A DNA stretch of 60,733 nucleotides, filler included, from Nemertoderma westbladi (lineage: Eukaryota; Animalia; Xenacoelomorpha), in NCBI GenBank assembly GCA_032718475.1. It is 3 parts of 3 records of this genome, joined end to end, with 100 filler letters (N's around TTAATTAATTAA, not from the genome) between each part and the next. Parts side by side here need not be neighbours in the genome. Positions count along the whole stretch, not along the records: positions 19,351 to 46,528 come from JAUCBJ010007478.1; 2 more parts are not named here. One strand, written 5' to 3'. A program made the translations under genes and the position numbers. How positions within the stretch are numbered: the first letter of the stretch is position 1; the number at the start of each line of letters is the position of its first letter. This document shows, piece by piece, positions 25,952 to 39,189 of this stretch. A model generated the notes under the pieces. The model ran no database searches, had not been told where the DNA came from, and worked only from the letters and a program-made list of their open reading frames with translations.

Positions 25952-27114
25952 GTAAGTTGCGAATACAAAAAACAAACATCAGTACGTACTGTACGTACAT
26001 ATGTAGGCCTACAGTGCGCACACCAGTTGTAGCCACTATGCCAAACACTACTGCTAAACTTTAAATCTTAAATCTGACTTTTCTAAACTTTGACTCTTCT
26101 AAGCATGACTAATGTTTTTGAAACCACTCATTCGCACATAAAGGCCCACCTCTACTTTTTTGGTGAGGTTTCTAAGCGTTTTTTATTGCTTTTTTTTGCC
26201 TTTGCTAACTCTTATAGTCAATAGATATTTAATGAATGTTATATAATTAGATAATTAATTTTAAGTGTGATACAGTTTACTAGCCTACGTTCACAGTAAT
26301 TAATACCAAAGCTGGAATTTAATATATACATATATAATTTTATTGACGAGATTAATAATAATAAAACAAGATTAGAATGATGACGCCAAACGCACCCGTC
26401 CATAAGGTTAAATATTAATAATACATGGAAGATTTATAACACACCACCTTCGTCAACCCTATGAAAAAAAAAACGTTATTCTGGCCCTTTCATGAATTTT
26501 CTAAGACGTAATATACTGTACATTTCCAACTTGATCTATATATTTCATTATAGCACCGCCTCACTCATCGTTTATCGTTCTCTTATCATCACAAAGTGAC
26601 AGCTGATTGTGCCCATTAATTATATTTTTCACTAGTTCCTAAATTGTTAGGCCTACTTTTTCGCTTGAATATACTCAATATCGGGAGTACGCCTAAAAAA
26701 ACACCTACTTTTTACCTTAAGAAAAAAGTAACCCAAATGATTGCATTCGATTTATTTTTTACGCCGAAAAAAGTATAATAAAATGTAAATATATATTTTT
26801 AAATTTCTTAAATTTTATCACATGTGTTGAAAGAGCATCGGTAGAAAGTAGAAAAGGTTTGCGCGTAATTTGAGTAAAATCCATTCACACACTCAAAAGT
26901 TATTAGGCCTACATGGCGTACACCATGGAACATATCAATTATTAAAGGTAGCGACACACTGACAAACGGGGGCATGTTACATACTGTATATAGTAAATAA
27001 AGTGATTTTCCTGTTAAAATTTAGTGAAAAGTGATTATTTTTAGTAAGTCGATAAATGACTGCCCTTTTTTAATGAAGATAAAGTGCTATGCTAATAATG
27101 TCAACCATTTTTAA

Positions 27115-27348
27115 TGTAGACCTACACTCTACAGTAAGTAGCCTACACCCTACGGTATGTAGGCATACACCCTACGATATGTAGGCCTACACCTTACGGT
27201 ATGTAGGCATACACCCTACAGTATGTAGGCCTACACCCTACAGTATGTGGGCCTACACCCTACAGTATGTAGGCCTACACCCTACAGTATGTAGGCATAC
27301 ACCCTACAGTATGTAGGCCTAAACCCTACAGTATGTAGGCCTACTGTA
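27115..27348. repeat. 22 bp minisatellite (GTAGGCCTACACCCTACAGTAT)n
   Basis: About 10 copies ending ~30 bp before the acceptor at 27376-27377. Confidence 0.9.
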
Positions 27349-27377
27349 CATATCTAACATCATTTCGCTTTATTTAG

Positions 27378-27513
27378 GCGGCTTCAGGAAATATTTGAAG
27401 AAGCAGATGAAGATGGTGGAGGTGGTCTGGACATGGAGGAATTCCGTTTCGCTATGGAACAAACCGTTGGTCGTGCAGTCAACGACACAGACCTGAAACT
27501 AACATTTATGAAG
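27378..27513 (+). CDS. EF-hand exon of an EF-hand/WD40 protein (WDR49/CFAP337/WDY-like)
   Basis: Acceptor tttag|G; RLQEIFEEADEDGGGGLDMEEFRFAM (EF-hand loop); donor AAG|gttaaa. Not in the ORF track. Confidence 0.85.
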
Positions 27514-28090
27514 GTTAAAAGCTAAATGTTTGCGAAATCAAATCCATTACGTCATTTTACGTCAGTAACCATGACTGCGGGTCCAAAAAAAAAGTGAAAG
27601 AAAAGGGATAGCCCCACACATGCGATGGTTACATTTATAGCCTTTATGTTTTTTGTTGAAGTTTAATTTAATATAAGTACTGTAACAACCAAAACAAAAC
27701 TGCTCGAAAAATTAATCAACACCAAGTTATGTGTTTTGTAATAATCGATTGCCTATTTATTAAATGTTTTTTGGCTGGGTGCTGGTACCAGTAAGTAAGA
27801 AGAACGTTTTATCATCCAAAAATAAGGCCTACACATTATGTAAATAGATACACGCTCTGATAATATCTTCTGCATTCCATTGATGGGTATTTGGAAACCT
27901 GTGTTAATTAAATTAATGAAAAGTTTTGCGTGACAAGATATTTTATCCGCCCACAGCAGTGATTTAGACGAAACTTGACACCGTGTTTCTTGAATTTCTA
28001 TTACCTCATGTCCCTAACGTCTTCTATAAATGCCAATTTATTTTTCTCCACAAACTAGCTTGTAATGAATGCCTCGCATCTAACTTTCAG

Positions 28091-28236
28091 GTTGACACTA
28101 ATTGCGATGGGACAGTCGACTGGGACGAGTATCTATCGTACATGCTTCGCGAATTCCAAGGGAAAGATACAATGGAGTTGATGTGCAAGCAAGTCCCGTA
28201 TCCAAGGGAACCAGACCAAATTAAAGGATACTTCAG
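28091..28236 (+). CDS. Second EF-hand exon of the EF-hand/WD40 gene
   Basis: Acceptor ttcag|GTT; VDTNCDGTVDWDEYLSYM; donor AG|gtttgc, phase 2. Confidence 0.87.
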
Positions 28237-28449
28237 GTTTGCACTGTACAATCTGTACATACAGTAGTAGGCCTAATCAGAGTTGTTTACGTAATTTGTT
28301 TTCAGATTGTGAAGTCGAATCTTGAAGCAATAAAATTTAACTTTCTCCCAGGCAAAATCGAGCTAAATTACGAGCAAAATTATGCCTTAGCTTCGAGACG
28401 GGGGGGGGGGGGGGGGGCTGGACGCAAATTATCTTGGCGTCTGGGCGAA

Positions 28450-28934
28450 TTAATATCCCGCCTCAATGTAAAATTCTCAATTTAGGGAAAGGAGCAGGTT
28501 ACAGTGGCACGTTTTTCCCCTGGAGAGGGATTAATTTTTATTGGATTCAGCCACCCCCCCCCCCCCCCCAATCTGTAGATTAAAGTAAGGGTTGGATAGT
28601 TAAGGTGTATTCAAATTGGGAGTTACGAGTTATACACCATATCGTATAGGTATCAGCCAAGAGAAAAGAGCCACAGGTTACATATTTATCCGCTGAAGAT
28701 AATCCCTAGGAGAGAATCATCATGACCTAGTCAGATAGTGAGAGAAACTGGACGCAATAAAAATTCATCCCTCTCCAGGGGAAATTCGAAGCAAATAACA
28801 GTTGATTATTCTCATAAAAATACAACTGTAACCTGTTCTATTGTGTTTAGTTTATTGTTTTGGTTAAAATAACGTGCCACTGTAACCTGCTCCTTTCCCT
28901 AAATTGAGAATTTAACATTGAGGCGGGATATTAA
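28450..28934. mobile_element. MITE with ~64 bp inverted termini
   Basis: TTAATATCCCGCCTCAATGT...GTTACAGTGGCACGTT is inverted at 28870-28934. Confidence 0.75.
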
Positions 28935-29184
28935 GTTTCGAGTGTTACAGTTGGGTGTTACTCCCGTCTTATACAAGTTACAGTACTTAGTTAAGTATCT
29001 ATCCATTACTTATCCACTATAAATTTCATACATAAATATCCACACATAAATTTATTTCCCGCCAAAATAATAATTCGTCCACTATATTTTTCCTTCACTA
29101 AAAATAATTATTCTCCACTATATATATTTATATTATATTTAAGTTATTTTATTTATTTATTTATTTACTATTTATAATTATTGA

Positions 29185-29425
29185 ATAATAATAATAATAA
29201 TATTGGTTATTTATATAGCGCTTTTCTACGCACAGCATACTCAAAGCGCTTTTATTATCATTACCCCAGCAAAGCCAGGTTCCCATTAACGCTGGGTTGG
29301 CGTAGGCACTAATGTCTAAAGCGAAATTGCGAAATTTCTACAGCCTTTATTCGGATTCGAACCTGCGCCACCAAACACTATATTGTGTAAGCAGTTCAGG
29401 CGCCGTATCCACTCGGACACTGCGA
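29185..29425 (-). mobile_element. tRNA-derived SINE (family B) with L2-like 3' end
   Basis: Minus strand has GTCCGAGTGG (A box) and GGTTCGAATCC (B box), ending AAGCGCTATATAAAT and (TTA)n. Confidence 0.65.
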
Positions 29426-29473
29426 CATTGAACTTCCAATTATTTTACGTAATTAGACTTATATTATAATTAT

Positions 29474-30316
29474 TTTTTTTTTTTGACATACGAAATCCAA
29501 GAAAATCCGTATAATAGCAAGATAAAGTAGATATAAAACAACTTATGGCACAAAGTACAAATTGCACCACTCTAAAGGGCCCAACACCAAGCGGGGGGGG
29601 GGGGATCAATACCGATCCAGTAGGTCAGATCCCCGTAAACCTGAGCCGTCCCCAAATCCAAGACCCCGCCACGTCCGACGACCACCGCGCAGACAGAGGG
29701 AGTTGGAACGGAGTAAGGAAAACTGGAGGCGCCTCCGAACTCCACCCAAGACACAGGCGAGGCCGCGTTCCCTCATACTTCGCCGTCGCGAGACTAAGGT
29801 CTCGGCGAGGTGGCGAATAAGGATTTCAGCCACCTTGCACCACACCCCGTCGGTGGTTCCGACTAGTGGGGTGAAGGAGATCCGACGATCCTCACACACC
29901 GCGCCATAGTGGACCTTCTTAGCGCGGACCCTCTGCTGGAGGACGGAGTCTAGAGACCGCGACCGATTAACGTATGAGGGGGCGTCAGCGTTAACAATCG
30001 CAATGTCGAAAGACGCCACCCTCTATTCGGCCCAGACTCCCCTCGCCAGGAGGTCCGCCCTTACACTACCCACCTAGCGGCCATGTCTATCCAGGTAGCC
30101 GGTGTCCAGCGTGACCCCACGCTGGACACACGACCCCCCGAACGCTGTCGCAATCAGGTCCCCGAACACCTCCCGCACCTCGTCGTGACGCCTAATAATA
30201 AGCCCGCCCGACTTACAGTTCAGGGCGTGCGAGGTCGTAAAAGGTCCCCCACACCCCTTTTGCCGGCCGGCAGACTAGGTGGCGTCATTCCGTACCTCAG
30301 ATTGAGGTTGTCGCGG
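29474..30316 (-). mobile_element. 5'-truncated CRE-like non-LTR retrotransposon (zinc knuckle + restriction-like endonuclease)
   Basis: HALNCKSGGLIIRRHDEVR, RADLLARGVW, FDIAIVNADAPSY, FTPLVGTTDG; poly-A tail; 13 bp TSD ATATTATAATTAT at 29461-29473 and 30317-30329. Confidence 0.85.
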
Positions 30317-30843
30317 ATATTATAATTATACATTAGAGACTAAAAATAATTATGTTTCAACACTTTTGAATTTTGTATCCACTAAATATAATCATATTTC
30401 ACTAAAAAAATTTAAAATGTAATCACTTTCCACTAAATTTATTAATTTTCCACTGATTTGAATCTTTTTCACTAAAATAATCGCACTCTCTTTCGCATTG
30501 TCATTAGGTCAGCTGCGTTAATAATTGTATTTGTATTATATATTGGAGCAATTTTATTATCGCGACAAAATCAAACAATATTATGTGATGATATTTAGTG
30601 ATTGTAAAAAAAATTATAGTAAAATAATGATTATATTTAATGAATAAATTATTAGTTTTAGTGATAAATTGTTATTTTTAGTGATAAATGATTATTTTCA
30701 GTGACAATTAGATTATTTTTAGTGATAAATGATTATATTTAGTGAGAAATCATTGCTTTTATTGAAAATTTCATTATTTTTAGTTGAGTCGAAAAATATG
30801 TGTCTTATTTATATTTCCTCTCTAACTTAATTTACCCCTCTAG

Positions 30844-33667
30844 GAACGAGATAATTGGTGTTGTGTACCAGGAATACAAAGAGACGCCTGCGGCATCCAA
30901 GTACTGCGCGGTATCCCGGGATGGTAAATGTTTCCTCTGGAACAACCAACTAAACCTCATCAAATCCTGTTTCTTAGACAGTGACGTGGGTACCAAATCT
31001 ACCTGGGTGACGTCATTGGTCGCTATTCCAACCGTCTCTATGATAATCGCCGCGACTACCCGAGATAACCTTTTATTTTTCGATGTCGCCGGGGCGAAAT
31101 TCGAACTTCAGTTCAATGTCCACGGGTTGAAGACATACGTGACGGCGATGGCTTTCCTCGATTCGGGCCCCACAACGCTTTATCTTGGGGACGCGAGCGG
31201 TTCCGTTACAATGGTAACAGGAATGTTACACAGCGAAGCCAAGACAGAACTTCTACCAGCTGAATTCTCCTTCTCCGAGTTGAAAGGCGGCGATATTATT
31301 GAGGGTGTTAAGGTAAAAACGTTCGCGCGGGTCCACCGAGATTGGGTGCGGAAGATAGAGCCGGTCGCGGATATGAATGTGTTTATTTCGAGTTGTGCCG
31401 ATGATGAGACATCAATGTTTATCGGGAGCGTAGATGGGATAAGAAAAAATTCAACCTTCAGAATAAATAAGGGTATCTTCGCGTTTGTTTATATTAGCGA
31501 TCAGAATTTGATAGCAACTGGGGGACGTGATCGATTCCTACGGATCTGGAATCCTTACTTTACAGATAAACCAACTTCTATACTTGGCACTCATGCCGCT
31601 GCCATAATGCACATGATATATGATACAAACAATTCGCAACTTGTGAGTGTGGATAAAGCCAATGTGTTGCGTGTGTGGGATGTTGTTAATCAAACATGTG
31701 TTCAGCGAATAAGCATGTCCCGACGTTTGTACCACGAGCCATTCACGGTGGCTCACGTCACCCAATCAACGTCCACGCTGCTCGTTGGTGCTCACCAGTT
31801 ATTGGCATTACATCACGTAGGTGTTGTCCGCGAGTCGCAGATGTATAAAAGTCACGAGAGGCCAATCGCAGCTGCGTTGTATAATCCGGAATTCAACTAT
31901 GTAGTGTCAGCATGTTATGGTTCGTGTGTGTCGGTTTGGAGTCTGAAGAGAGGAGAGAAAATCATGCAATTCCAAGAAGCTCACACTCGAAACGTAAAGG
32001 GTAGTATAGAGATCATTGAGATCACTTGTTTGGCTTTCGATCCGAGTTTCCGGAGGTTGATCACTGGTGCAGCTGATGGATCGCTCAAAGTGTGGAACTT
32101 CAACAACGGTGCTTGTTTGCAGGAACTCTACACTAACTGTACTCGAGAGGTGACCGGGATCACATGCACACGGAAGCACATAGTAGCGGTGGGTTGGGAC
32201 CGCTATGTGAGCGTGTACCTCGACACGAAAACGGATCAGTTGTATCTCCGGCAGTGGGCGAGAGTTCATGATGCGGATATTGTAGATGTTGCTTTCAATG
32301 ATATGGAGAACATAATCATCACCGCGAGTATCGATGGACTCATTCTCGTCTGGTCCGTGGAAACTGAAAGTATTGTGAGAGAGATGAACGCAAATGTTGG
32401 ACCAAATGCCAATATGCCGAGTAAAATCTACCCAAGGGCAAGGCGAGTGAAACCCCAATCCGCCCATCCTGTGGTTAGACCTTGGTCTATAACATATTCG
32501 CGAAGACATTCAGAGCCTAGAAAAGCGACAAGCAAATCACCCGGGATAATAGAAAACGGCGTCGGCCCCGAATGCTACACAGTAGAAAAACTATTGGTCC
32601 TAAATTCTCGGCAGCAGCACTTTAAAACAGCAACGCTACTAGTGTGCGGCGAAGATGCCCATATTTGGGCTTGGTCAATGGCCCCGTATAGCGGCTTACT
32701 AGGTGAATTTGTCGCTGGTTTGGAAGGCTTTGTTACTTCCATGACAACAAACACCAGAAATCAGTTTATTATAACGGCGGATTCAGTGGGTTACATCCGC
32801 ATTTGGGATATTCACGACAAATGGGTCGAACGAAGTGCCTTAAAAGATATTATTTACAAGGTTCCTGGATACAATAACTTCGCTAAAGTCAAACAGCTGC
32901 CCTTACTATATTCAAAGGAAATATTGGATGCGAATATAGGATATGAAGCTCCTCCTTTGCTAAATGCGTTTCAAGGTCACTGCGAAGGAATATCCCATGT
33001 GGAATTGGTTGAACAATCGGATCTTATTATCACCTCTAGTCTGGACTGTTCTGTCCGACTGTGGACTCTGAAGGGGCAGTATGTGGGCACCTTCGGACAG
33101 ACGAAGTTATGGGATGTCCATAGTCTGAAATCCAAGACCGGGACATTGCCGCATGATGTACGACGTGTCGCAAGCGCCAACACCTTGCGTGTTCTACATG
33201 GCGGGGTATCCAGCCAATGGAAGGTTGCCAAAAACGTATTGCGAGTCGCACAGCAGACGAAATCGGCTTCGCGACAACTCAATTATGATTCTGAGAAAAA
33301 CATTGAAAGCAATGCCGCAGAGGTACTGGAGAAGGTCGTGAAAGAAGACGTGGCTAATGTTCCTTTGGAGCAGTGGAGAAGCGAAATCCTGGGTAAATCT
33401 TATAGACCGATAGCGAGAACACGGGCAATGTCCGCCCCCAGTGTGTGGTCCCCAGGAAAGGACCAGGTTCGCGCCTACAATGCGTTGCCTTACTATCCCG
33501 TACCGGTCGTACCACCCCCCACAATGCCCGAGCTTCTAAAAGAAGCTCGTATCAGACAAGCTGCACTGTCGCGAAGATTGGCGGTTTCGAAAAAGCAAAA
33601 GATTAAACTTACAGCGATACAACTATTCGTTAACAAAAACAACTTTTTATCAGTAACCAAAAAGTAG
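30844..33667 (+). CDS. WD40-repeat terminal exon of the EF-hand/WD40 protein (WDR49/CFAP337/WDY family, probably ciliary)
   Basis: Acceptor ctctag|G; multiple WD repeats (IATGGRDRFLRIWNPY, LITGAADGSLKVWNFNNG, ITSSLDCSVRLWTLKGQYVGTFGQ). Confidence 0.9.
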
Positions 33668-33784
33668 ATTGCAAAATAATACCCTTTGTTTAAACTTATA
33701 TTGTGTTTGGTATTAATGAAATGAATTGTTTCATTAGGGTTATTAAAGCACAGCATTATAGCTATCCGAAACAAGATTTTTTAA

Positions 33785-34120
33785 AAGTGAAGTAAAGTAA
33801 AAGTTTTGATTTTTGTGCTAGGCAATGTTATATGCACAAACTCCGACGACTTATTTTCAGAGAGGGCGCCCCAGAACTATACCACCAGAGGAAACTGGTA
33901 CTAATTTTTCTTAACTTAAAGGTAAACACAAGAGTCTTGTGCGATAAATACTATTGTGTTTTTTACCTTTATGTTAATATATACATAACAACCCCCTGTT
34001 AGTCAGAATGTCGGTATTTCAACTAATTTTTCTTCAATTCATGGATGCAAGGCAGATATACTTTACATCAAGCAATGGAGGCTACTCCCTTTAAAGCATT
34101 AGTGCCAAAACGAAAACTCC
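33785..34120 (-). mobile_element. Degenerate, interrupted SINE family A copy
   Basis: GCACAAACTCCGACGACTTATTTT, GGATGCAAGGCAGA and AAAACGAAAACT match the 18800-19045 copy; (TTTAC)n-type tail. Confidence 0.55.
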
Positions 34121-35764
34121 CAGCTGTACTATAGAGTTCAACCATGAAAGATAAAGTGGCGCCCTCAATTCCTTACAGATAACAACCAAGAGAGAAATGA
34201 GCCCACTTGTTAATTCCGGGTTGCCTCCATTTTACTGAAAAATGTGCAATTTTGGAATGATCAAATATTTATTTTATTGAAGTATTAAATGAAATATCTC
34301 AAACAATAAAAAGTGCCAATACACGATGCCTGAAGTAATCAATCAAAAATAACAGGACCTAAATTAAAAATAAGCAAATGGAATTCCTAAATAAGACCCA
34401 AATCTTTAAAAAATGATGATATTTGATTATATAAAAATGAAATAAATCTAACATGTGTGTATAAATCATGTTGTTTCACAATATTCTAACTATATAAAGG
34501 CACAAAAACGAAATTGTATTGTTCAACAAAAATGGTCAAACAAAAATTAAGTACTTTCAAGTGTGCCATTTATGATAGTAATAAAAATAAAATCTCGCAA
34601 ATTGCGCTTTTGAAAAAAGATAACATTATTACACTATGATGAATTATCAGCTGTCTGATAAGTATCATAACACTTACCATATACCCTAATGTCACGGACT
34701 ATCCACCTCTTACACATGAGAAAGTGAAAGTAATCAATAAAATTACTAACTTGTCTTATTTCAGAAATTAACATATCCCAGCATTACATATTTAAATGAT
34801 TAGTTAATGGATAAGTTAACATAATGTAACAAAATTGCGTACATCATTGTGTGAAAAGTTCATTTGTCAAAGTTAAACCTCCTCATTGAAGTGAGAATGG
34901 GGAAGCGGGGATTGAGGAAAATCCCATCCCAGTGAATTAATATCTATGTACGTGTACGTACACATGTGTAAATAAACACATGTCTCGTAGTACGCTGAAA
35001 GGTCCTGGTCACACAATGACGTAAACAGTTTTTGAGCGTCACTAAACCCTTTACGGTTACCCACTAAGTAAACAACGTTACATCGTGACCTTAGAGCCAG
35101 AACAACACATACCACAATTAAAAAAAAAATTTCACCAAAATTACTCAAGATGGCGTTCTACATCTTATGTTAAAATCCTAGACTTGTATGTCAGTCCGTT
35201 TAGGAGATATGGGAAACCAGAACAACCCTCACAACATAAAAGTTGAAAACTGTTAGAGGTAAAACAACACATACCAAACTTATTCGAAGCAAAACAACCC
35301 ACACTACACAATGCAAAGTATGGCAACTCATGTGTATTATAAACGAATCAAAAGAAGCCAAATTTTTCTGGAATATGTATTTATTAACGGCAAAGTTGAT
35401 TAATATGAACTATTCCACGCACTACCTGACGCGAGTTAAATGGTAATTTAGATTACCGGTACAGTAATGTCGTTTATAGGATCTGATGATGAGCCTTTAC
35501 GAGCCAAAAACAATTGAACGAAAATGATACTTTTGTCATAATCTATTGATTTTTAAAGAATGTTAGTATTGAATCAAATCTAAATTAATATAATTACTTG
35601 TTTTCAAATGAGTTATTATCGGAGTAGGGCTATTTATAGAAATTACCATTTAAATCACATGTGCTCAAATGAGAATTCACCAGCAGGTGATGCCGATGTA
35701 CAAATGGACTATGTTGATGACTTGGAGTTTACAGAGTTAAATTATATTCCATCATCTAGTTATA

Positions 35765-37526
35765 CTACTACTAGGATCGGCATGCTGCATTGCAGCTGCA
35801 TTTTTAAGAATGCTGTGCCGGCTTGTCAACAAAATTGCACCGCCACAACTCCCTTTCACCCATGACATTTGCTAGATCATCCGCATCTTTAAGGCCAGTG
35901 TCCTTTAAGATGCGTCTCAAGAAAGTCATGGGCTGTCCACCATGCTTATTCACTCCATGAGGCTGCCAAAGTACAAGATTATGCACTGGCTGGTCCTGAC
36001 GGCGAAAGCAATGTCCTGCAAAGCGGAGGCGATTTTGTTCTAGTGTCAAGCTTGGTGGAACCAATGAGACACCTCCAATGTTATATAGTGTCTGGTTGGA
36101 GATGTGTGCATTGTACTTGACACAATGAACCCGGTGTAGCATTCTTGTGAATGTGCCATCCAGAGATTTGGTGTCCTCAGCAATTAGAGCCCAGCATGGA
36201 CTCCCGTAGAGGAGTACTGGAACTACTGCTGCTCTAAATAATCGGACCTTAAGTTTCCGATTAATTCTCGGTGACTTCCAAATCCTGGAAAGCCTATTCA
36301 AGGCTGCCCATGCCTTTCCCTTACATATTCGAAGGTCCTCACCTGACTTCCGGATCCATGATCCCAGGTAACAGAAGTCGTCCACATGCTCAAGGATACC
36401 ATCCTTTGAGCTTATGCTCATCCGATCAGAGACTTGCTGAGGACTTTCAAAGTTAACTGTCAGAATTTTGGTCTTTCTGGAGTTAATAAAAAGACCAACA
36501 CTAGAAGCAGCATGTTCTAATGAGCTGAGGAGCCGTTGGGCTCCCTCTAATGATTCTGAGAGTACTCCTAAGTCATCAGCAAAGTCTAGATCAGTTAGGT
36601 ACTTGGCAGGATTTCCTCGACTTCTGGAGCCAGTAGGTGGAGTTATCATCACCCCATCATCATTATGATGATCTAAGGACATGCGTAGAACATAGTCAAC
36701 CACAATAATGAACAAGAATGGTGCAAGTGCGTCTCCTTGGAGGACGCCCCATAACACTTCAAATGGTTCTGTGTCACCGTCAACAGTAGACACAAATGTT
36801 GTCGAACCATCGTATACTGATCTGATTGCTGCAATAATTTCATCAGGAATCCCATATAATGAAAGTATGCTGAACATAAGTTGAAGAAGTCAACAAAGAT
36901 AACAGCCAGATGCCTGTCTTTCTTTTTTGATAATTCTTCAATTATCCTTCTAAGTGCTAAAATGGGCTCCATGGTCCCACGACCTTTACGGAACCCATTC
37001 TGATTTCCACGGAGCAGTCTCTCAATGGGATCCCTGATGCGATTTAATAGAATCCTATTGTATAGCTTTGCAGCAATCGAGATCAATTAGATTCCCCGAA
37101 AAGAACCATAGAGTGTTAGGTTGCCCTTTTTGGGAACTGGCACCAACTTATTTGTTTTCATTTCTTGTGGGACTCTTGTTGTTCGGTACATGTCTACTAT
37201 GATGGGATAGATGAGCTTTAAACACTCAGGTATTTTAAAGACCTCAGGGGGAACACCATCTACTCCACTGGCACGATTGGTCTTAATGCTCTTTGCAGCA
37301 GCCTTCACTTCTGCAAAGGAGAAATCGCCAATGGGAATATCTGGGAGTACAGACTCAGACACTTTTACTTCTATAAAGTTATCAGGCAATACCCTGTCAT
37401 TATTGAGGAGCTTTTCAAAGTGGGCTTTCCAACCATTGAGGCGATCGGCTGGTGATTCAGCCTTAACCTTGGTGGATGGTTGGCTTTTCCGCCCAGTAAG
37501 CAGATTGGTCGATTTCCATGCCTGGG
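35765..37526 (-). mobile_element. 5'-truncated RTE LINE, copy 2
   Basis: Near-identical to copy 1 with small deletions; (TAG)n tail; 12 bp TSD CATCTAGTTATA at 35753-35764 and 37527-37538. Confidence 0.93.
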
Positions 37527-38170
37527 CATCTAGTTATAGTGATGATGACGATGATCCTAGTCCAAATTTGTCTAGGTAATAGCAATGACGTCATAGGGAA
37601 ACATATGAGGAAGCATGGCAAGGGGCAAAAAATATCCAATAGAGCAGCATGGAAATGTAATGTGCGTAATTCCGACGCGAAATTTAAATATCTATCATGC
37701 TTTACCAGGAAAAACACCATTCAATAGTCGAGGAATGACGTGAGTTGTTCTGTTTCTGTGATAAAATCCTAGAGTTAAAACAACACCACAGACTAGAGTT
37801 AATGTTAAATTTCAGTATGTGTTGTTTTGCCTCTTTGGAAAATAACGAAAAAAAAACAGTTTTTTCATTAACAAAATTTATTCTAAATGCTAGCCACTAT
37901 TATAAAATGTATCATTGTATCTTCCCAGACCTCTGTCGAAAAAATCAGGAGACGGGATCCATATAGAGGGAAATGAGAAGGTTTTTTGCATTTTTCTCGA
38001 AACCACATTTTTTGGTTAGTGTTGTTCTGGCTCTTTGGTCACGACATAACTATGATAAACAATAATAACTTCATATATTTTTACTCACTAAATAAATAAC
38101 GTTCCAATATATTACATATAATAATAAATACCTATATTTTAATATACTAAATAAACAACTTCCTAAATTA

Positions 38171-38438
38171 TTATAAATAATAATAGCTAAGTCTTCTCGA
38201 CTCATTATTTCTCGTAAATATACTATCTGGAATACAAATATTTTCAACGCTACCATATTCTGTGACTCTAAGAGTAAATGGCAGTATACATCCGCTGTTA
38301 GGGTCCGCGGGTGGTGGATAGGCGGATGTCAGTAAACGTATATTGCTGCGAGCTAGATCCGCCATTAATTGGACACAATTCAGCGAGGATGGCAGCAGAA
38401 AGTTGCTGCTAAAGGTTCCTGTATGCCCCTCCCACAAT
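38171..38438 (-). CDS. C2-PLD-like gene exon 3 (PLD C-terminal domain)
   Basis: Acceptor tttag|A; LWEGHTG...FLLPSSLNCVQ...GCILPFTLRVTEYGSV resembles the plant PLD C-terminus (LWxEHLG..FxxPxSLEC). Confidence 0.8.
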
Positions 38439-38832
38439 CTAAATAAACAATAAGAAATAATCGTTATTAGTTAGGATTTTATGAACTTCCTGATTTCTTC
38501 AGAATTTTGTTCATTTTTTTTATCAGAATTTTTAAAAAAAATACAATTTTAATACAAAATACAACGCAGAGTTTTAACTGATAATATGATAAAATCGAGC
38601 TTGAAAAACGAGTTGTAATTGAAACAAACAACATGCTTTCTTGAAAAATGCACTGCATAAATTTTACTTAGGAAATGTGTTCAGAGATTATTCGCAGAAA
38701 ATCTGAGGAATAATTTCCAGAACAACTTTATAAATCCCAGATGAAAAGGGTACTCATTTGCCAAACTTTTAATTAAGGAAGCAAGGCCTTGTTATGCCTG
38801 CTTTTTGGTTAACCCCTGATTATCATGCTAAC

Positions 38833-39012
38833 CTTAGTCGCAGTCTTTGGATACTCCCTTGAGGCAACTCCTCACCGCGTACCAGATGACCCGGCTGATA
38901 TAGACCTACCGACAGACTCGAAGACCCCTCCACCCGCGCGCACATTGACTCCGAATTAACACCTCCAGTCCCTACCAGCAGATATTCATCGTCTATTATC
39001 ATTAGGTTGGTT
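38833..39012 (-). CDS. C2-PLD-like gene exon 2 (degenerate second HKD region)
   Basis: gacag|A...AG|gttagc, 180 nt, phase 2-2; (K)TNLMIIDDEYLLVGTGGVNSESM...VGLYQP...QGSIQRLRL. Not in the ORF track. Confidence 0.85.
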
Positions 39013-39189
39013 CTGTCGAATATAAATAACTTAATGTTATCATATCATATAATTGTTTGTTTTGTGTTACATTCAAACACAATTGCATTATACAGTAGGC
39101 CTACAATACTGTCAGACTGTATGTACTATTACTGCGTAAGATTAGTGGATTACATTTAAATGTAAAAGTACTATTGCGTGGTTACAACT

